From Ylistrum balloti (Eukaryota), in the NCBI RefSeq assembly GCF_031769215.1, contig NW_026782110.1, positions 434,001-498,000 on the forward strand: DNA of 64,000 bases, read 5' to 3'. Under the pieces are notes generated by a model. That model saw only the letters and a program-made list of their open reading frames with translations, did not search any database and was not told the DNA's origin. How positions within the stretch are numbered: the stretch's first letter is position 1; each line of letters opens with the position of its first letter. Shown in pieces: positions 20,372 to 34,470 of the stretch. Both the position numbers and the translations under genes were made by a program.

Positions 20372-21805
20372 GCTTTTCAAGAGTATGAATGGTGAATGCA
20401 GAATGTTCGTCGGTCACCTAGATATAGCCGAGTGTCATCTCTTGAAACGAGAAACTCGTATATACTTTTCTGACGCGTGTCATGTCCTTTTGTATATTGA
20501 GCTGAAGACAGCCCACTGATTCCTTGTATAAACACTTGTTACCGTTACGATCGAACGTCGAACGGGTCACGGACACGGGTCCGTGCACACACCCTGTAAT
20601 TACGTATATATAAGACCAGAACGAAATCAGTTGTAATTAATATAAACACTTACAGAAGGTATAATTAAAATTTCCATCAATCGGTGCTTGTGATTAGTAG
20701 AGTTTACTGTAACACAATATATATCGATACAGGTCAGTGTACAACGTCATTGAACACTAATGGTCAACGCAAATGGTCGAACACAATGTTTAACTTGTCT
20801 ATAACAATATATGCGTACATTTTTATTCAAACCACATACACGTTATTCATGTATAGAACTTGATTGAACTGGTTTTGTGAATTTTATATCATACCGGATA
20901 TTCACGTAGTTTCTATATCTCCGGTGTGTATCGAAAACACTTTTATAATTTTTACGAGCTAACGTCGAACTGGTCACGCGACACGGGTCAGAGTACATCG
21001 CTACTGTCCTTTTACGTGTATTTAAGAGTTGAACGAAAAAACAATTAAAATCAATATAAACATATGCAGTGGGTATAATTAAAGCCCTCATCGAACGGAA
21101 GTTGAGTTTAGTAGATTTTACTGTTGCACCTATTTTTCCATATCGAACTGCCGTTACTGAACACTTAAGAGCCATCAAAATGGCCGAAACACTGCCTTAT
21201 ATGACCTGTGCGTTGGCATGGAGCTTGACCAGATTAATGAAGTGACCTGTAAACCGGTCGGACGTTTTCATTAAACATATTTAATTAATTACTTGTGATG
21301 ACGAGAAATGTGTTGTTTTTTTAACTGTTTTAATTAGTACGAGGAAAACTTGAACGCCTTTTTGTATACGTGCATGTAAACCATTTAATTGATGTATAGC
21401 TTGACCGAAATGCACGACTGCATGCTGTTTTAGGGGAAGAAGAGTTTCAAACTTTATATCATACATGGTATACACGTATGTAAATTTAAACTTGGACGTG
21501 CAAATTTGATTGACAAGCTGATGCATGTGTATCAAAGTAGGGGTGGGGAGTGTATAACGATATACTGAATGTCGAAAAAGGACGACGCACGGGCCAGAGA
21601 AATTATCATTTCGAGAGGACAATATACGATACGATGGAAAAGAAAAAGAAAGAAAAATGACTTTTGTGTCAGTGCTGGACATCGAATCCGTTTATCTGAA
21701 AGCATCGTTACATTTACGTAATTCTATATATATCTAAATAAGAACAAAACCCAATTTCTTTGCGTATATTCGAGTGAAATGGACACTTGTTGAGAAGAAG
21801 TGGGT

Positions 21806-21821
21806 GGCTCTGAAAAGAGCC
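21806..21821 (-). terminator. Histone-type 3' stem-loop, copy 4
   Basis: Identical to copy 1. Confidence 0.88.
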
Positions 21822-21847
21822 GTTGTTAGGGTTTAGGACTGTCATCG

Positions 21848-22174
21848 TCACTCTTCATCTTCGTCTTCTGATCCCGAAACAACGTCTACAATTTCGCCAT
21901 ACAGGTCCTTTCGGAGTGCGGAGATGTCTTCGGCTTTTTGGTGAGCGTAGTCGTAATACATGTTTCGGAGGCCTTCGACAACCGACATTCGAAGTCTGTA
22001 ACTGTAGCGAAATGTGCGTAGTCCGTGTCTCTTGGCGCCGAGGTAACGAGACTGCATGTCGTCCAGTTTGTAATTCAGTTGTACGATCTGTTCACAAGCC
22101 CTTCGGAATCGACGTTCATTGTCGAGCAGGATGAAGCGTTGGTCAAGTGGAGAGTTTCGTGCTATGGCCTTCAT
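21848..22174 (-). CDS. 108-aa protein, copy 4
   Basis: Protein identical to copy 1. Confidence 0.7.
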   Translation of the reverse strand: MKAIARNSPLDQRFILLDNERRFRRACEQIVQLNYKLDDMQSRYLGAKRHGLRTFRYSYRLRMSVVEGLRNMYYDYAHQKAEDISALRKDLYGEIVDVVSGSEDEDEE

Positions 22175-23608
22175 GCTTTTCAAGAGTATGAATGGTGAAT
22201 GCAGAATGTTCGTCGGTCACCTAGATATAGCCGAGTGTCATCTCTTGAAACGAGAAACTCGTATATACTTTTCTGACGCGTGTCATGTCCTTTTGTATAT
22301 TGAGCTGAAGACAGCCCACTGATTCCTTGTATAAACACTTGTTACCGTTACGATCGAACGTCGAACGGGTCACGGACACGGGTCCGTGCACACACCCTGT
22401 AATTACGTATATATAAGACCAGAACGAAATCAGTTGTAATTAATATAAACACTTACAGAAGGTATAATTAAAATTTCCATCAATCGGTGCTTGTGATTAG
22501 TAGAGTTTACTGTAACACAATATATATCGATACAGGTCAGTGTACAACGTCATTGAACACTAATGGTCAACGCAAATGGTCGAACACAATGTTTAACTTG
22601 TCTATAACAATATATGCGTACATTTTTATTCAAACCACATACACGTTATTCATGTATAGAACTTGATTGAACTGGTTTTGTGAATTTTATATCATACCGG
22701 ATATTCACGTAGTTTCTATATCTCCGGTGTGTATCGAAAACACTTTTATAATTTTTACGAGCTAACGTCGAACTGGTCACGCGACACGGGTCAGAGTACA
22801 TCGCTACTGTCCTTTTACGTGTATTTAAGAGTTGAACGAAAAAACAATTAAAATCAATATAAACATATGCAGTGGGTATAATTAAAGCCCTCATCGAACG
22901 GAAGTTGAGTTTAGTAGATTTTACTGTTGCACCTATTTTTCCATATCGAACTGCCGTTACTGAACACTTAAGAGCCATCAAAATGGCCGAAACACTGCCT
23001 TATATGACCTGTGCGTTGGCATGGAGCTTGACCAGATTAATGAAGTGACCTGTAAACCGGTCGGACGTTTTCATTAAACATATTTAATTAATTACTTGTG
23101 ATGACGAGAAATGTGTTGTTTTTTTAACTGTTTTAATTAGTACGAGGAAAACTTGAACGCCTTTTTGTATACGTGCATGTAAACCATTTAATTGATGTAT
23201 AGCTTGACCGAAATGCACGACTGCATGCTGTTTTAGGGGAAGAAGAGTTTCAAACTTTATATCATACATGGTATACACGTATGTAAATTTAAACTTGGAC
23301 GTGCAAATTTGATTGACAAGCTGATGCATGTGTATCAAAGTAGGGGTGGGGAGTGTATAACGATATACTGAATGTCGAAAAAGGACGACGCACGGGCCAG
23401 AGAAATTATCATTTCGAGAGGACAATATACGATACGATGGAAAAGAAAAAGAAAGAAAAATGACTTTTGTGTCAGTGCTGGACATCGAATCCGTTTATCT
23501 GAAAGCATCGTTACATTTACGTAATTCTATATATATCTAAATAAGAACAAAACCCAATTTCTTTGCGTATATTCGAGTGAAATGGACACTTGTTGAGAAG
23601 AAGTGGGT

Positions 23609-23624
23609 GGCTCTGAAAAGAGCC
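23609..23624 (-). terminator. Histone-type 3' stem-loop, copy 5
   Basis: Identical to copy 1. Confidence 0.88.
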
Positions 23625-23650
23625 GTTGTTAGGGTTTAGGACTGTCATCG

Positions 23651-23977
23651 TCACTCTTCATCTTCGTCTTCTGATCCCGAAACAACGTCTACAATTTCGC
23701 CATACAGGTCCTTTCGGAGTGCGGAGATGTCTTCGGCTTTTTGGTGAGCGTAGTCGTAATACATGTTTCGGAGGCCTTCGACAACCGACATTCGAAGTCT
23801 GTAACTGTAGCGAAATGTGCGTAGTCCGTGTCTCTTGGCGCCGAGGTAACGAGACTGCATGTCGTCCAGTTTGTAATTCAGTTGTACGATCTGTTCACAA
23901 GCCCTTCGGAATCGACGTTCATTGTCGAGCAGGATGAAGCGTTGGTCAAGTGGAGAGTTTCGTGCTATGGCCTTCAT
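23651..23977 (-). CDS. 108-aa protein, copy 5
   Basis: Protein identical to copy 1. Confidence 0.7.
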   Translation of the reverse strand: MKAIARNSPLDQRFILLDNERRFRRACEQIVQLNYKLDDMQSRYLGAKRHGLRTFRYSYRLRMSVVEGLRNMYYDYAHQKAEDISALRKDLYGEIVDVVSGSEDEDEE

Positions 23978-25411
23978 GCTTTTCAAGAGTATGAATGGTG
24001 AATGCAGAATGTTCGTCGGTCACCTAGATATAGCCGAGTGTCATCTCTTGAAACGAGAAACTCGTATATACTTTTCTGACGCGTGTCATGTCCTTTTGTA
24101 TATTGAGCTGAAGACAGCCCACTGATTCCTTGTATAAACACTTGTTACCGTTACGATCGAACGTCGAACGGGTCACGGACACGGGTCCGTGCACACACCC
24201 TGTAATTACGTATATATAAGACCAGAACGAAATCAGTTGTAATTAATATAAACACTTACAGAAGGTATAATTAAAATTTCCATCAATCGGTGCTTGTGAT
24301 TAGTAGAGTTTACTGTAACACAATATATATCGATACAGGTCAGTGTACAACGTCATTGAACACTAATGGTCAACGCAAATGGTCGAACACAATGTTTAAC
24401 TTGTCTATAACAATATATGCGTACATTTTTATTCAAACCACATACACGTTATTCATGTATAGAACTTGATTGAACTGGTTTTGTGAATTTTATATCATAC
24501 CGGATATTCACGTAGTTTCTATATCTCCGGTGTGTATCGAAAACACTTTTATAATTTTTACGAGCTAACGTCGAACTGGTCACGCGACACGGGTCAGAGT
24601 ACATCGCTACTGTCCTTTTACGTGTATTTAAGAGTTGAACGAAAAAACAATTAAAATCAATATAAACATATGCAGTGGGTATAATTAAAGCCCTCATCGA
24701 ACGGAAGTTGAGTTTAGTAGATTTTACTGTTGCACCTATTTTTCCATATCGAACTGCCGTTACTGAACACTTAAGAGCCATCAAAATGGCCGAAACACTG
24801 CCTTATATGACCTGTGCGTTGGCATGGAGCTTGACCAGATTAATGAAGTGACCTGTAAACCGGTCGGACGTTTTCATTAAACATATTTAATTAATTACTT
24901 GTGATGACGAGAAATGTGTTGTTTTTTTAACTGTTTTAATTAGTACGAGGAAAACTTGAACGCCTTTTTGTATACGTGCATGTAAACCATTTAATTGATG
25001 TATAGCTTGACCGAAATGCACGACTGCATGCTGTTTTAGGGGAAGAAGAGTTTCAAACTTTATATCATACATGGTATACACGTATGTAAATTTAAACTTG
25101 GACGTGCAAATTTGATTGACAAGCTGATGCATGTGTATCAAAGTAGGGGTGGGGAGTGTATAACGATATACTGAATGTCGAAAAAGGACGACGCACGGGC
25201 CAGAGAAATTATCATTTCGAGAGGACAATATACGATACGATGGAAAAGAAAAAGAAAGAAAAATGCCTTTTGTGTCAGTGCTGGACATCGAATCCGTTTA
25301 TCTGAAAGCATCGTTACATTTACGTAATTCTATATATATCTAAATAAGAACAAAACCCAATTTCTTTGCGTATATTCGAGTGAAATGGACACTTGTTGAG
25401 AAGAAGTGGGT

Positions 25412-25427
25412 GGCTCTGAAAAGAGCC
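25412..25427 (-). terminator. Histone-type 3' stem-loop, copy 6
   Basis: Identical to copy 1. Confidence 0.88.
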
Positions 25428-25453
25428 GTTGTTAGGGTTTAGGACTGTCATCG

Positions 25454-25780
25454 TCACTCTTCATCTTCGTCTTCTGATCCCGAAACAACGTCTACAATTT
25501 CGCCATACAGGTCCTTTCGGAGTGCGGAGATGTCTTCGGCTTTTTGGTGAGCGTAGTCGTAATACATGTTTCGGAGGCCTTCGACAACCGACATTCGAAG
25601 TCTGTAACTGTAGCGAAATGTGCGTAGTCCGTGTCTCTTGGCGCCGAGGTAACGAGACTGCATGTCGTCCAGTTTGTAATTCAGTTGTACGATCTGTTCA
25701 CAAGCCCTTCGGAATCGACGTTCATTGTCGAGCAGGATGAAGCGTTGGTCAAGTGGAGAGTTTCGTGCTATGGCCTTCAT
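25454..25780 (-). CDS. 108-aa protein, copy 6
   Basis: Protein identical to copy 1. Confidence 0.7.
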   Translation of the reverse strand: MKAIARNSPLDQRFILLDNERRFRRACEQIVQLNYKLDDMQSRYLGAKRHGLRTFRYSYRLRMSVVEGLRNMYYDYAHQKAEDISALRKDLYGEIVDVVSGSEDEDEE

Positions 25781-27214
25781 GCTTTTCAAGAGTATGAATG
25801 GTGAATGCAGAATGTTCGTCGGTCACCTAGATATAGCCGAGTGTCATCTCTTGAAACGAGAAACTCGTATATACTTTTCTGACGCGTGTCATGTCATTTT
25901 GTATATTGAGCTGAAGACAGCCCACTGATTCCTTGTATAAACACTTGTTACCGTTACGATCGAACGTCGAACGGGTCACGGACACGGGTCCGTGCACACA
26001 CCCTGTAATTACGTATATATAAGACCAGAACGAAATCAGTTGTAATTAATATAAACACTTACAGAAGGTATAATTAAAATTTCCATCAATCGGTGCTTGT
26101 GATTAGTAGAGTTTACTGTAACACAATATATATCGATACAGGTCAGTGTACAACGTCATTGAACACTAATGGTCAACGCAAATGGTCGAACACAATGTTT
26201 AACTTGTCTATAACAATATATGCGTACATTTTTATTCAAACCACATACACGTTATTCATGTATAGAACTTGATTGAACTGGTTTTGTGAATTTTATATCA
26301 TACCGGATATTCACGTAGTTTCTATATCTCCGGTGTGTATCGAAAACACTTTTATAATTTTTACGAGCTAACGTCGAACTGGTCACGCGACACGGGTCAG
26401 AGTACATCGCTACTGTCCTTTTACGTGTATTTAAGAGTTGAACGAAAAAACAATTAAAATCAATATAAACATATGCAGTGGGTATAATTAAAGCCCTCAT
26501 CGAACGGAAGTTGAGTTTAGTAGATTTTACTGTTGCACCTATTTTTCCATATCGAACTGCCGTTACTGAACACTTAAGAGCCATCAAAATGGCCGAAACA
26601 CTGCCTTATATGACCTGTGCGTTGGCATGGAGCTTGACCAGATTAATGAAGTGACCTGTAAACCGGTCGGACGTTTTCATTAAACATATTTAATTAATTA
26701 CTTGTGATGACGAGAAATGTGTTGTTTTTTTAACTGTTTTAATTAGTACGAGGAAAACTTGAACGCCTTTTTGTATACGTGCATGTAAACCATTTAATTG
26801 ATGTATAGCTTGACCGAAATGCACGACTGCATGCTGTTTTAGGGGAAGAAGAGTTTCAAACTTTATATCATACATGGTATACACGTATGTAAATTTAAAC
26901 GTCGACGTGCAAATTTGATTGACAAGCTGATGCATGTGTATCAAAGTAGGGGTGGGGAGTGTATAACGATATACTGAATGTCGAAAAAGGACGACGCACG
27001 GGCCAGAGAAATTATCATTTCGAGAGGACAATATACGATACGATGGAAAAGAAAAAGAAAGAAAAATGCCTTTTGTGTCAGTGCTGGACATCGAATCCGT
27101 TTATCTGAAAGCATCGTTACATTTACGTAATTCTATATATATCTAAATAAGAACAAAACCCAATTTCTTTGCGTATATTCGAGTGAAATGGACACTTGTT
27201 GAGAAGAAGTGGGT

Positions 27215-27230
27215 GGCTCTGAAAAGAGCC
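27215..27230 (-). terminator. Histone-type 3' stem-loop, copy 7
   Basis: Identical to copy 1. Confidence 0.88.
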
Positions 27231-27256
27231 GTTGTTAGGGTTTAGGACTGTCATCG

Positions 27257-27583
27257 TCACTCTTCATCTTCGTCTTCTGATCCCGAAACAACGTCTACAA
27301 TTTCGCCATACAGGTCCTTTCGGAGTGCGGAGATGTCTTCGGCTTTTTGGTGAGCGTAGTCGTAATACATGTTTCGGAGGCCTTCGACAACCGACATTCG
27401 AAGTCTGTAACTGTAGCGAAATGTGCGTAGTCCGTGTCTCTTGGCGCCGAGGTAACGAGACTGCATGTCGTCCAGTTTGTAATTCAGTTGTACGATCTGT
27501 TCACAAGCCCTTCGGAATCGACGTTCATTGTCGAGCAGGATGAAGCGTTGGTCAAGTGGAGAGTTTCGTGCTATGGCCTTCAT
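27257..27583 (-). CDS. 108-aa protein, copy 7
   Basis: Protein identical to copy 1. Confidence 0.7.
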   Translation of the reverse strand: MKAIARNSPLDQRFILLDNERRFRRACEQIVQLNYKLDDMQSRYLGAKRHGLRTFRYSYRLRMSVVEGLRNMYYDYAHQKAEDISALRKDLYGEIVDVVSGSEDEDEE

Positions 27584-29012
27584 GCTTTTCAAGAGTATGA
27601 ATGGTGAATGCAGAATGTTCGTCGGTCACCTAGATATAGCCGAGTGTCATCTCTTGAAACGAGAAACTCGTATATACTTTTCTGACGCGTGTCATGTCAT
27701 TTTGTATATTGAGCTGAAGACAGCCCACTGATTCCTTGTATAAACACTTGTTACCGTTACGATCGAACGTCGAACGGGTCACGGACACGGGTCCGTGCAC
27801 ACACCCTGTAATTACGTATATATAAGACCAGAACGAAATCAGTTGTAATTAATATAAACACTTACAGAAGGTATAATTAAAATTTCCATCAATCGGTGCT
27901 TGTGATTAGTAGAGTTTACTGTAACACAATATATATCGATACAGGTCAGTGTACAACGTCATTGAACACTAATGGTCAACGCAAATGGTCGAACACAATG
28001 TTTAACTTGTCTATAACAATATATGCGTACATTTTTATTCAAACCACATACACGTTATTCATGTATAGAACTTGATTGAACTGGTTTTGTGAATTTTATA
28101 TCATACCGGATATTCACGTAGTTTCTATATCTCCGGTGTGTATCGAAAACACTTTTATAATTTTTACGAGCTAACGTCGAACTGGTCACGCGACACGGGT
28201 CAGAGTACATCGCTACTGTCCTTTTACGTGTATTTAAGAGTTGAACGAAAAAACAATTAAAATCAATATAAACATATGCAGTGGGTATAATTAAAGCCCT
28301 CATCGAACGGAAGTTGAGTTTAGTAGATTTTACTGTTGCACCTATTTTTCCATATCGAACTGCCGTTACTGAACACTTAAGAGCCATCAAAATGGCCGAA
28401 ACACTGCCTTATATGACCTGTGCGTTGGCATGGAGCTTGACCAGATTAATGAAGTGACCTGTAAACCGGTCGGACGTTTTCATTAAACATATTTAATTAA
28501 TTACTTGTGATGACGAGAAATGTGTTGTTTTTTTAACTGTTTTAATTAGTACGAGGAAAACTTGAACGCCTTTTTGTATACGTGCATGTAAACCATTTAA
28601 TTGATGTATAGCTTGACCGAAATGCACGACTGCATGCTGTTTTAGGGGAAGAAGAGTTTCAAACTTTATATCATACATGGTATACACGTATGTAAATTTA
28701 AACGTCGACGTGCAAATTTGATTGACAAGCTGATGCATGTGTATCAAAGTAGGGGTGGGGAGTGTATAACGATATACTGAATGTCGAAAAAGGACGACGC
28801 ACGGGCCAGAGAAATTATCGTTTCGAGAGGACAATATACGATAGAAAAGAAAAAGAAAGAAAAATGCCTTTTGTGTCAGTGCTGGACATCGAATCCGTTT
28901 ATCTGAAAGCATCGTTACATTTACGTAATTCTATATATATCTAAATAAGAACAAAACCCAATTTCTTTGCGTATATTCGAGTGAAATGGACACTTGTTGA
29001 GAAGAAGTGGGT

Positions 29013-29028
29013 GGCTCTGAAAAGAGCC
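29013..29028 (-). terminator. Histone-type 3' stem-loop, copy 8
   Basis: Identical to copy 1. Confidence 0.88.
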
Positions 29029-29054
29029 GTTGTTAGGGTTTAGGACTGTCATCG

Positions 29055-29381
29055 TCACTCTTCATCTTCGTCTTCTGATCCCGAAACAACGTCTACAATT
29101 TCGCCATACAGGTCCTTTCGGAGTGCGGAGATGTCTTCGGCTTTTTGGTGAGCGTAGTCGTAATACATGTTTCGGAGGCCTTCGACAACCGACATTCGAA
29201 GTCTGTAACTGTAGCGAAAAGTGCGTAGTCCGTGTCTCTTGGCGCCGAGGTAACGAGACTGCATGTCGTCCAGTTTGTAATTCAGTTGTACGATCTGTTC
29301 ACAAGCCCTTCGGAATCGACGTTCATTGTCGAGCAGGACGAAGCGTTGGTGAAGTGGAGAGTTTCGTGCTATGGCCTTCAT
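29055..29381 (-). CDS. 108-aa protein, copy 8
   Basis: Intact; LHQRFV variant. Confidence 0.7.
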   Translation of the reverse strand: MKAIARNSPLHQRFVLLDNERRFRRACEQIVQLNYKLDDMQSRYLGAKRHGLRTFRYSYRLRMSVVEGLRNMYYDYAHQKAEDISALRKDLYGEIVDVVSGSEDEDEE

Positions 29382-30816
29382 GCTTTTCAAGAGTATGAAT
29401 GGTGAATGCAGAATGTTCGTCGGTCACCTAGATATAGCCGAGTGTCATCTCTTGAAACGAGAAACTCGTACACACGGATATACACATTCTGACGCGTGTC
29501 ATGTCATTTTGTATATTGAGCTGAAGGCAGCCCACTGATTCCTTGTATAAACACTTGTTACCGTTACGATCGAACGTCGAACGGGTCGCGGACACGGGTC
29601 CGTGCACACACCTGTAATTACGAATGTATAGGACCAGAACGAAATCAATTATAATTAATATAAACACGTACAGAAGTTATCATTAAAATTTCCATCAATC
29701 GGTGCTTGTGATTTGTTTACTGTAACACAATATATATCGCTACAGGTCAGTGTATCACGTCATTGAACATTATTGGTCATACGCAAATGGTCGAACACAT
29801 TGTATAACTTGTATATAACAATATGCGTACATTTTTATTCAAACCACATACACGTTATTGATGTATATAACTTGATCGAACTGGTTTTGTGAATTTTATA
29901 TCATACCGGATATACACGTAGTTTCTATATCTCCGGCGTGTATGGAAAACACGTTTATAATTTTTACGAGCTAACGTCGAACTGGTCACGCGACACGGGT
30001 CAGAGCATATCGCTACTGTCCTTTTACGTGTATTTAAGAGTTGAACGAAAAAGCAATTAAAATCATTATAAACATATGCAGTGGGTATAATTATTAAAGC
30101 CCTCATCGAACGGAAGTTGAGTTTAGTAGACTTTACTGTTGCACCTATTTTTCCATATCGAACTGCCGTTACTGAACACTTAAGAGCCATCAAAATGGCC
30201 GAAACACTGCCTTATATGACCTGTGCGTTGGCATGGAGCTTGACCAGAATAATGAAGTGACCTGTAAACCGGTCGGACGTTTTCATTAAACATATTTAAT
30301 CAATTACTTGTGATGACGAGAAATGTGTTGTTTTTTTAAACTGTTTTAATTAGTACTAGGAAAACTTGAACGCCTTTTTGTATACGTGCATGTAAACCAT
30401 TTAATTGATGTTTTGCTTGACCGAAATGCACGACTGCATGCTGTTTTAGGGGAAGAAGAGTTTCAAACTTTATATCATACATGGTATACACGTATGTAAA
30501 TTTAAACGTCGACGTGCAAATTTGATTGACAAGCTGATGCATGTGTATCAAAGTAGGGGTTGGGAGTGTATAACGATATACTGAATGTCGAAAAAGGACG
30601 ACGCACGGGCCAGAGAAATTATCGTTTCGAGAGGACAATATACGATAGAAAAGAAAAAGAAAGAAAAATGCCTTTTGTGTCAGTGCTGGACATCGAATCC
30701 GTTTATCTGAAAGCATCGTTACGTTTACGTAATTCTATATATATCTAAATAAGAACAAAACCCAATTTCTTTGCGTATATTCGAGTGAAATGGACACTTG
30801 TTGAGAAGAAGTGGGT

Positions 30817-30832
30817 GGCTCTGAAAAGAGCC
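30817..30832 (-). terminator. Histone-type 3' stem-loop, copy 9
   Basis: Identical to copy 1. Confidence 0.88.
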
Positions 30833-30858
30833 GTTGTTAGGGTTTAGGACTGTCATCG

Positions 30859-31185
30859 TCACTCTTCATCTTCGTCTTCTGATCCCGAAACAACGTCTAC
30901 AATTTCGCCATACAGGTCCTTTCGGAGTGCGGAGATGTCTTCGGCTTTTTGGTGAGCGTAGTCGTAATACATGTTTCGGAGGCCTTCGACAACCGACATT
31001 CGAAGTCTGTAACTGTAGCGAAAAGTGCGTAGTCCGTGTCTCTTGGCGCCGAGGTAACGAGACTGCATGTCGTCCAGTTTGTAATTCAGTTGTACGATCT
31101 GTTCACAAGCCCTTCGGAATCGACGTTCATTGTCGAGCAGGACGAAGCGTTGGTGAAGTGGAGAGTTTCGTGCTATGACCTTCAT
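30859..31185 (-). CDS. 108-aa protein, copy 9
   Basis: Intact; MKVI and LHQRFV variant. Confidence 0.7.
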   Translation of the reverse strand: MKVIARNSPLHQRFVLLDNERRFRRACEQIVQLNYKLDDMQSRYLGAKRHGLRTFRYSYRLRMSVVEGLRNMYYDYAHQKAEDISALRKDLYGEIVDVVSGSEDEDEE

Positions 31186-32622
31186 GCTTTTTTTTCAAGA
31201 GTATGAATGGTGAATGCAGAATGTTCGTCGGTCACCTAGATATAGCCGAGTGTCATCTCTTGAAACGAGAAACTCGTACACACGGATATACACATTCTGA
31301 CGCGTGTCATGTCATTTTGTATATTGAGCTGAAGGCAGCCCACTGATTCCTTGTATAAACACTTGTTACCGTTACGATCGAACGTCGAACGGGTCGCGGA
31401 CACGGGTCCGTGCACACACCTGTAAACACGAATGTATAGGACCAGAACGAAATCAATTATAATTAATATAAACACGTACAGAAGTTATCATTAAAATTTC
31501 CATCAATCGGTGCTTGTGATTTGTTTACTGTAACACAATATATATCGCTACAGGTCAGTGTATCACGTCATTGAACATTATTGGTCATACGCAAATGGTC
31601 GAACACATTGTATAACTTGTATATAACAATATGCGTACATTTTTATTCAAACCACATACACGTTATTGATGTATATAACTTGATCGAACTGGTTTTGTGA
31701 ATTTTATATCATACCGGATATACACGTAGTTTCTATATCTCCGGCGTGTATGGAAAACACGTTTATAATTTTTACGAGTTCACGTCGAACTGGTCACGCG
31801 ACACGGGTCAGAGCATATCGCTACTGTCCTTTTACGTGTATTTAAGAGTTGAACGAAAAAGCAATTAAAATCATTATAAACATATGCAGTGGGTATAATT
31901 ATTAAAGCCCTCATCGAACGGAAGTTGAGTTTAGTAGACTTTACTGTTGCACCTATTTTTCCATATCGAACTGCCGTTACTGAACACTTAAGAGCCATCA
32001 AAATGGCCGAAACACTGCCTTATATGACCTGTGCGTTGGCATGGAGCTTGACCAGAATAATGAAGTGACCTGTAAACCGGTCGGACGTTTTCATTAAACA
32101 TATTTAATCAATTACTTGTGATGACGAGAAATGTGTTGTTTTTAAACTGTTTTAATTAGTACTAGGAAAACTTGAACGCCTTTTTGTATACGTGCATGTA
32201 AACCATTTAATTGATGTTTTGCTTGACCGAAATGCACGACTGCATGCTGTTTTAGGGGAAGAAGAGTTTCAAACTTTATATCATACATGGTATACACGTA
32301 TGTAAATTTAAACGTCGACGTGCAAATTTGATTGACAAGCTGATGCATGTGTATCAAAGTAGGGGTTGGGAGTGTATAACGATATACTGAATGTCGAAAA
32401 AGGACGACGCACGGGCCAGAGAAATTATCGTTTCGAGAGGACAATATACGATAGAAAAGAAAAAGAAAGAAAAATGCCTTTTGTGTCAGTGCTGGACATC
32501 GAATCCGTTTATCTGAAAGCATCGTTACGTTTACGTAATTCTATATGTATCTAAATAAGAACAAAACCCAATTTCTTTGCGTATATTCGAGTGAAATGGA
32601 CACTTGTTGAGAAGAAGTGGGT

Positions 32623-32638
32623 GGCTCTGAAAAGAGCC
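32623..32638 (-). terminator. Histone-type 3' stem-loop, copy 10
   Basis: Identical to copy 1. Confidence 0.88.
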
Positions 32639-32664
32639 GTTGTTAGGGTTTAGGACTGTCATCG

Positions 32665-32991
32665 TCACTCTTCATCTTCGTCTTCTGATCCCGAAACAAC
32701 GTCTACAATTTCGCCATACAGGTCCTTTCGGAGTGCGGAGATGTCTTCGGCTTTTTGGTGAGCGTAGTCGTAATACATGTTTCGGAGGCCTTCGACAACC
32801 GACAATCGAAGTCTGTAACTGTAGCGAAAAGTGCGTAGTCCGTGTCTCTTGGCGCCGAGGTAACGAGACTGCATGTCGTCCAGTTTGTAATTCAGTTGTA
32901 CGATCTGTTCACAAGCCCTTCGGAATCGACGTTCATTGTCGAGCAGGACGAAGCGTTGGTGAAGTGGAGAGTTTCGTGCTATGACCTTCAT
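32665..32991 (-). CDS. 108-aa protein, copy 10
   Basis: Intact; adds RLRLS variant. Confidence 0.7.
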   Translation of the reverse strand: MKVIARNSPLHQRFVLLDNERRFRRACEQIVQLNYKLDDMQSRYLGAKRHGLRTFRYSYRLRLSVVEGLRNMYYDYAHQKAEDISALRKDLYGEIVDVVSGSEDEDEE

Positions 32992-34428
32992 GCTTTTTTT
33001 TCAAGAGTATGAATGGTGAATGCAGAATGTTCGTCGGTCACCTAGATATAGCCGAGTGTCATCTCTTGAAACGAGAAACTCGTACACACGGATATACACA
33101 TTCTGACGCGTGTCATGTCATTTTGTATATTGAGCTGAAGGCAGCCCACTGATTCCTTGTATAAACACTTGTTACCGTTACGATCGAACGTCGAACGGGT
33201 CGCGGACACGGGTCCGTGCACACACCTGTAAACACGAATGTATAGGACCAGAACGAAATCAATTATAATTAATATAAACACGTACAGAAGTTATCATTAA
33301 AATTTCCATCAATCGGTGCTTGTGATTTGTTTACTGTAACACAATATATATCGCTACAGGTCAGTGTATCACGTCATTGAACATTATTGGTCATACGCAA
33401 ATGGTCGAACACATTGTATAACTTGTATATAACAATATGCGTACATTTTTATTCAAACCACATACACGTTATTGATGTATATAACTTGATCGAACTGGTT
33501 TTGTGAATTTTATATCATACCGGATATACACGTAGTTTCTATATCTCCGGCGTGTATGGAAAACACGTTTATAATTTTTACGAGTTCACGTCGAACTGGT
33601 CACGCGACACGGGTCAGAGCATATCGCTACTGTCCTTTTACGTGTATTTAAGAGTTGAACGAAAAAGCAATTAAAATCATTATAAACATATGCAGTGGGT
33701 ATAATTATTAAAGCCCTCATCGAACGGAAGTTGAGTTTAGTAGACTTTACTGTTGCACCTATTTTTCCATATCGAACTGCCGTTACTGAACACTTAAGAG
33801 CCATCAAAATGGCCGAAACACTGCCTTATATGACCTGTGCGTTGGCATGGAGCTTGACCAGAATAATGAAGTGACCTGTAAACCGGTCGGACGTTTTCAT
33901 TAAACATATTTAATCAATTACTTGTGATGACGAGAAATGTGTTGTTTTTAAACTGTTTTAATTAGTACTAGGAAAACTTGAACGCCTTTTTGTATACGTG
34001 CATGTAAACCATTTAATTGATGTTTTGCTTGACCGAAATGCACGACTGCATGCTGTTTTAGGGGAAGAAGAGTTTCAAACTTTATATCATACATGGTATA
34101 CACGTATGTAAATTTAAACGTCGACGTGCAAATTTGATTGACAAGCTGATGCATGTGTATCAAAGTAGGGGTTGGGAGTGTATAACGATATACTGAATGT
34201 CGAAAAAGGACGACGCACGGGCCAGAGAAATTATCGTTTCGAGAGGACAATATACGATAGAAAAGAAAAAGAAAGAAAAATGCCTTTTGTGTCAGTGCTG
34301 GACATCGAATCCGTTTATCTGAAAGCATCGTTACGTTTACGTAATTCTATATATATCTAAATAAGAACAAAACCCAATTTCTTTGCGTATATTCGAGTGA
34401 AATGGACACTTGTTGAGAAGAAGTGGGT

Positions 34429-34444
34429 GGCTCTGAAAAGAGCC
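34429..34444 (-). terminator. Histone-type 3' stem-loop, copy 11
   Basis: Identical to copy 1. Confidence 0.88.
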
Positions 34445-34470
34445 GTTGTTAGGGTTTAGGACTGTCATCG

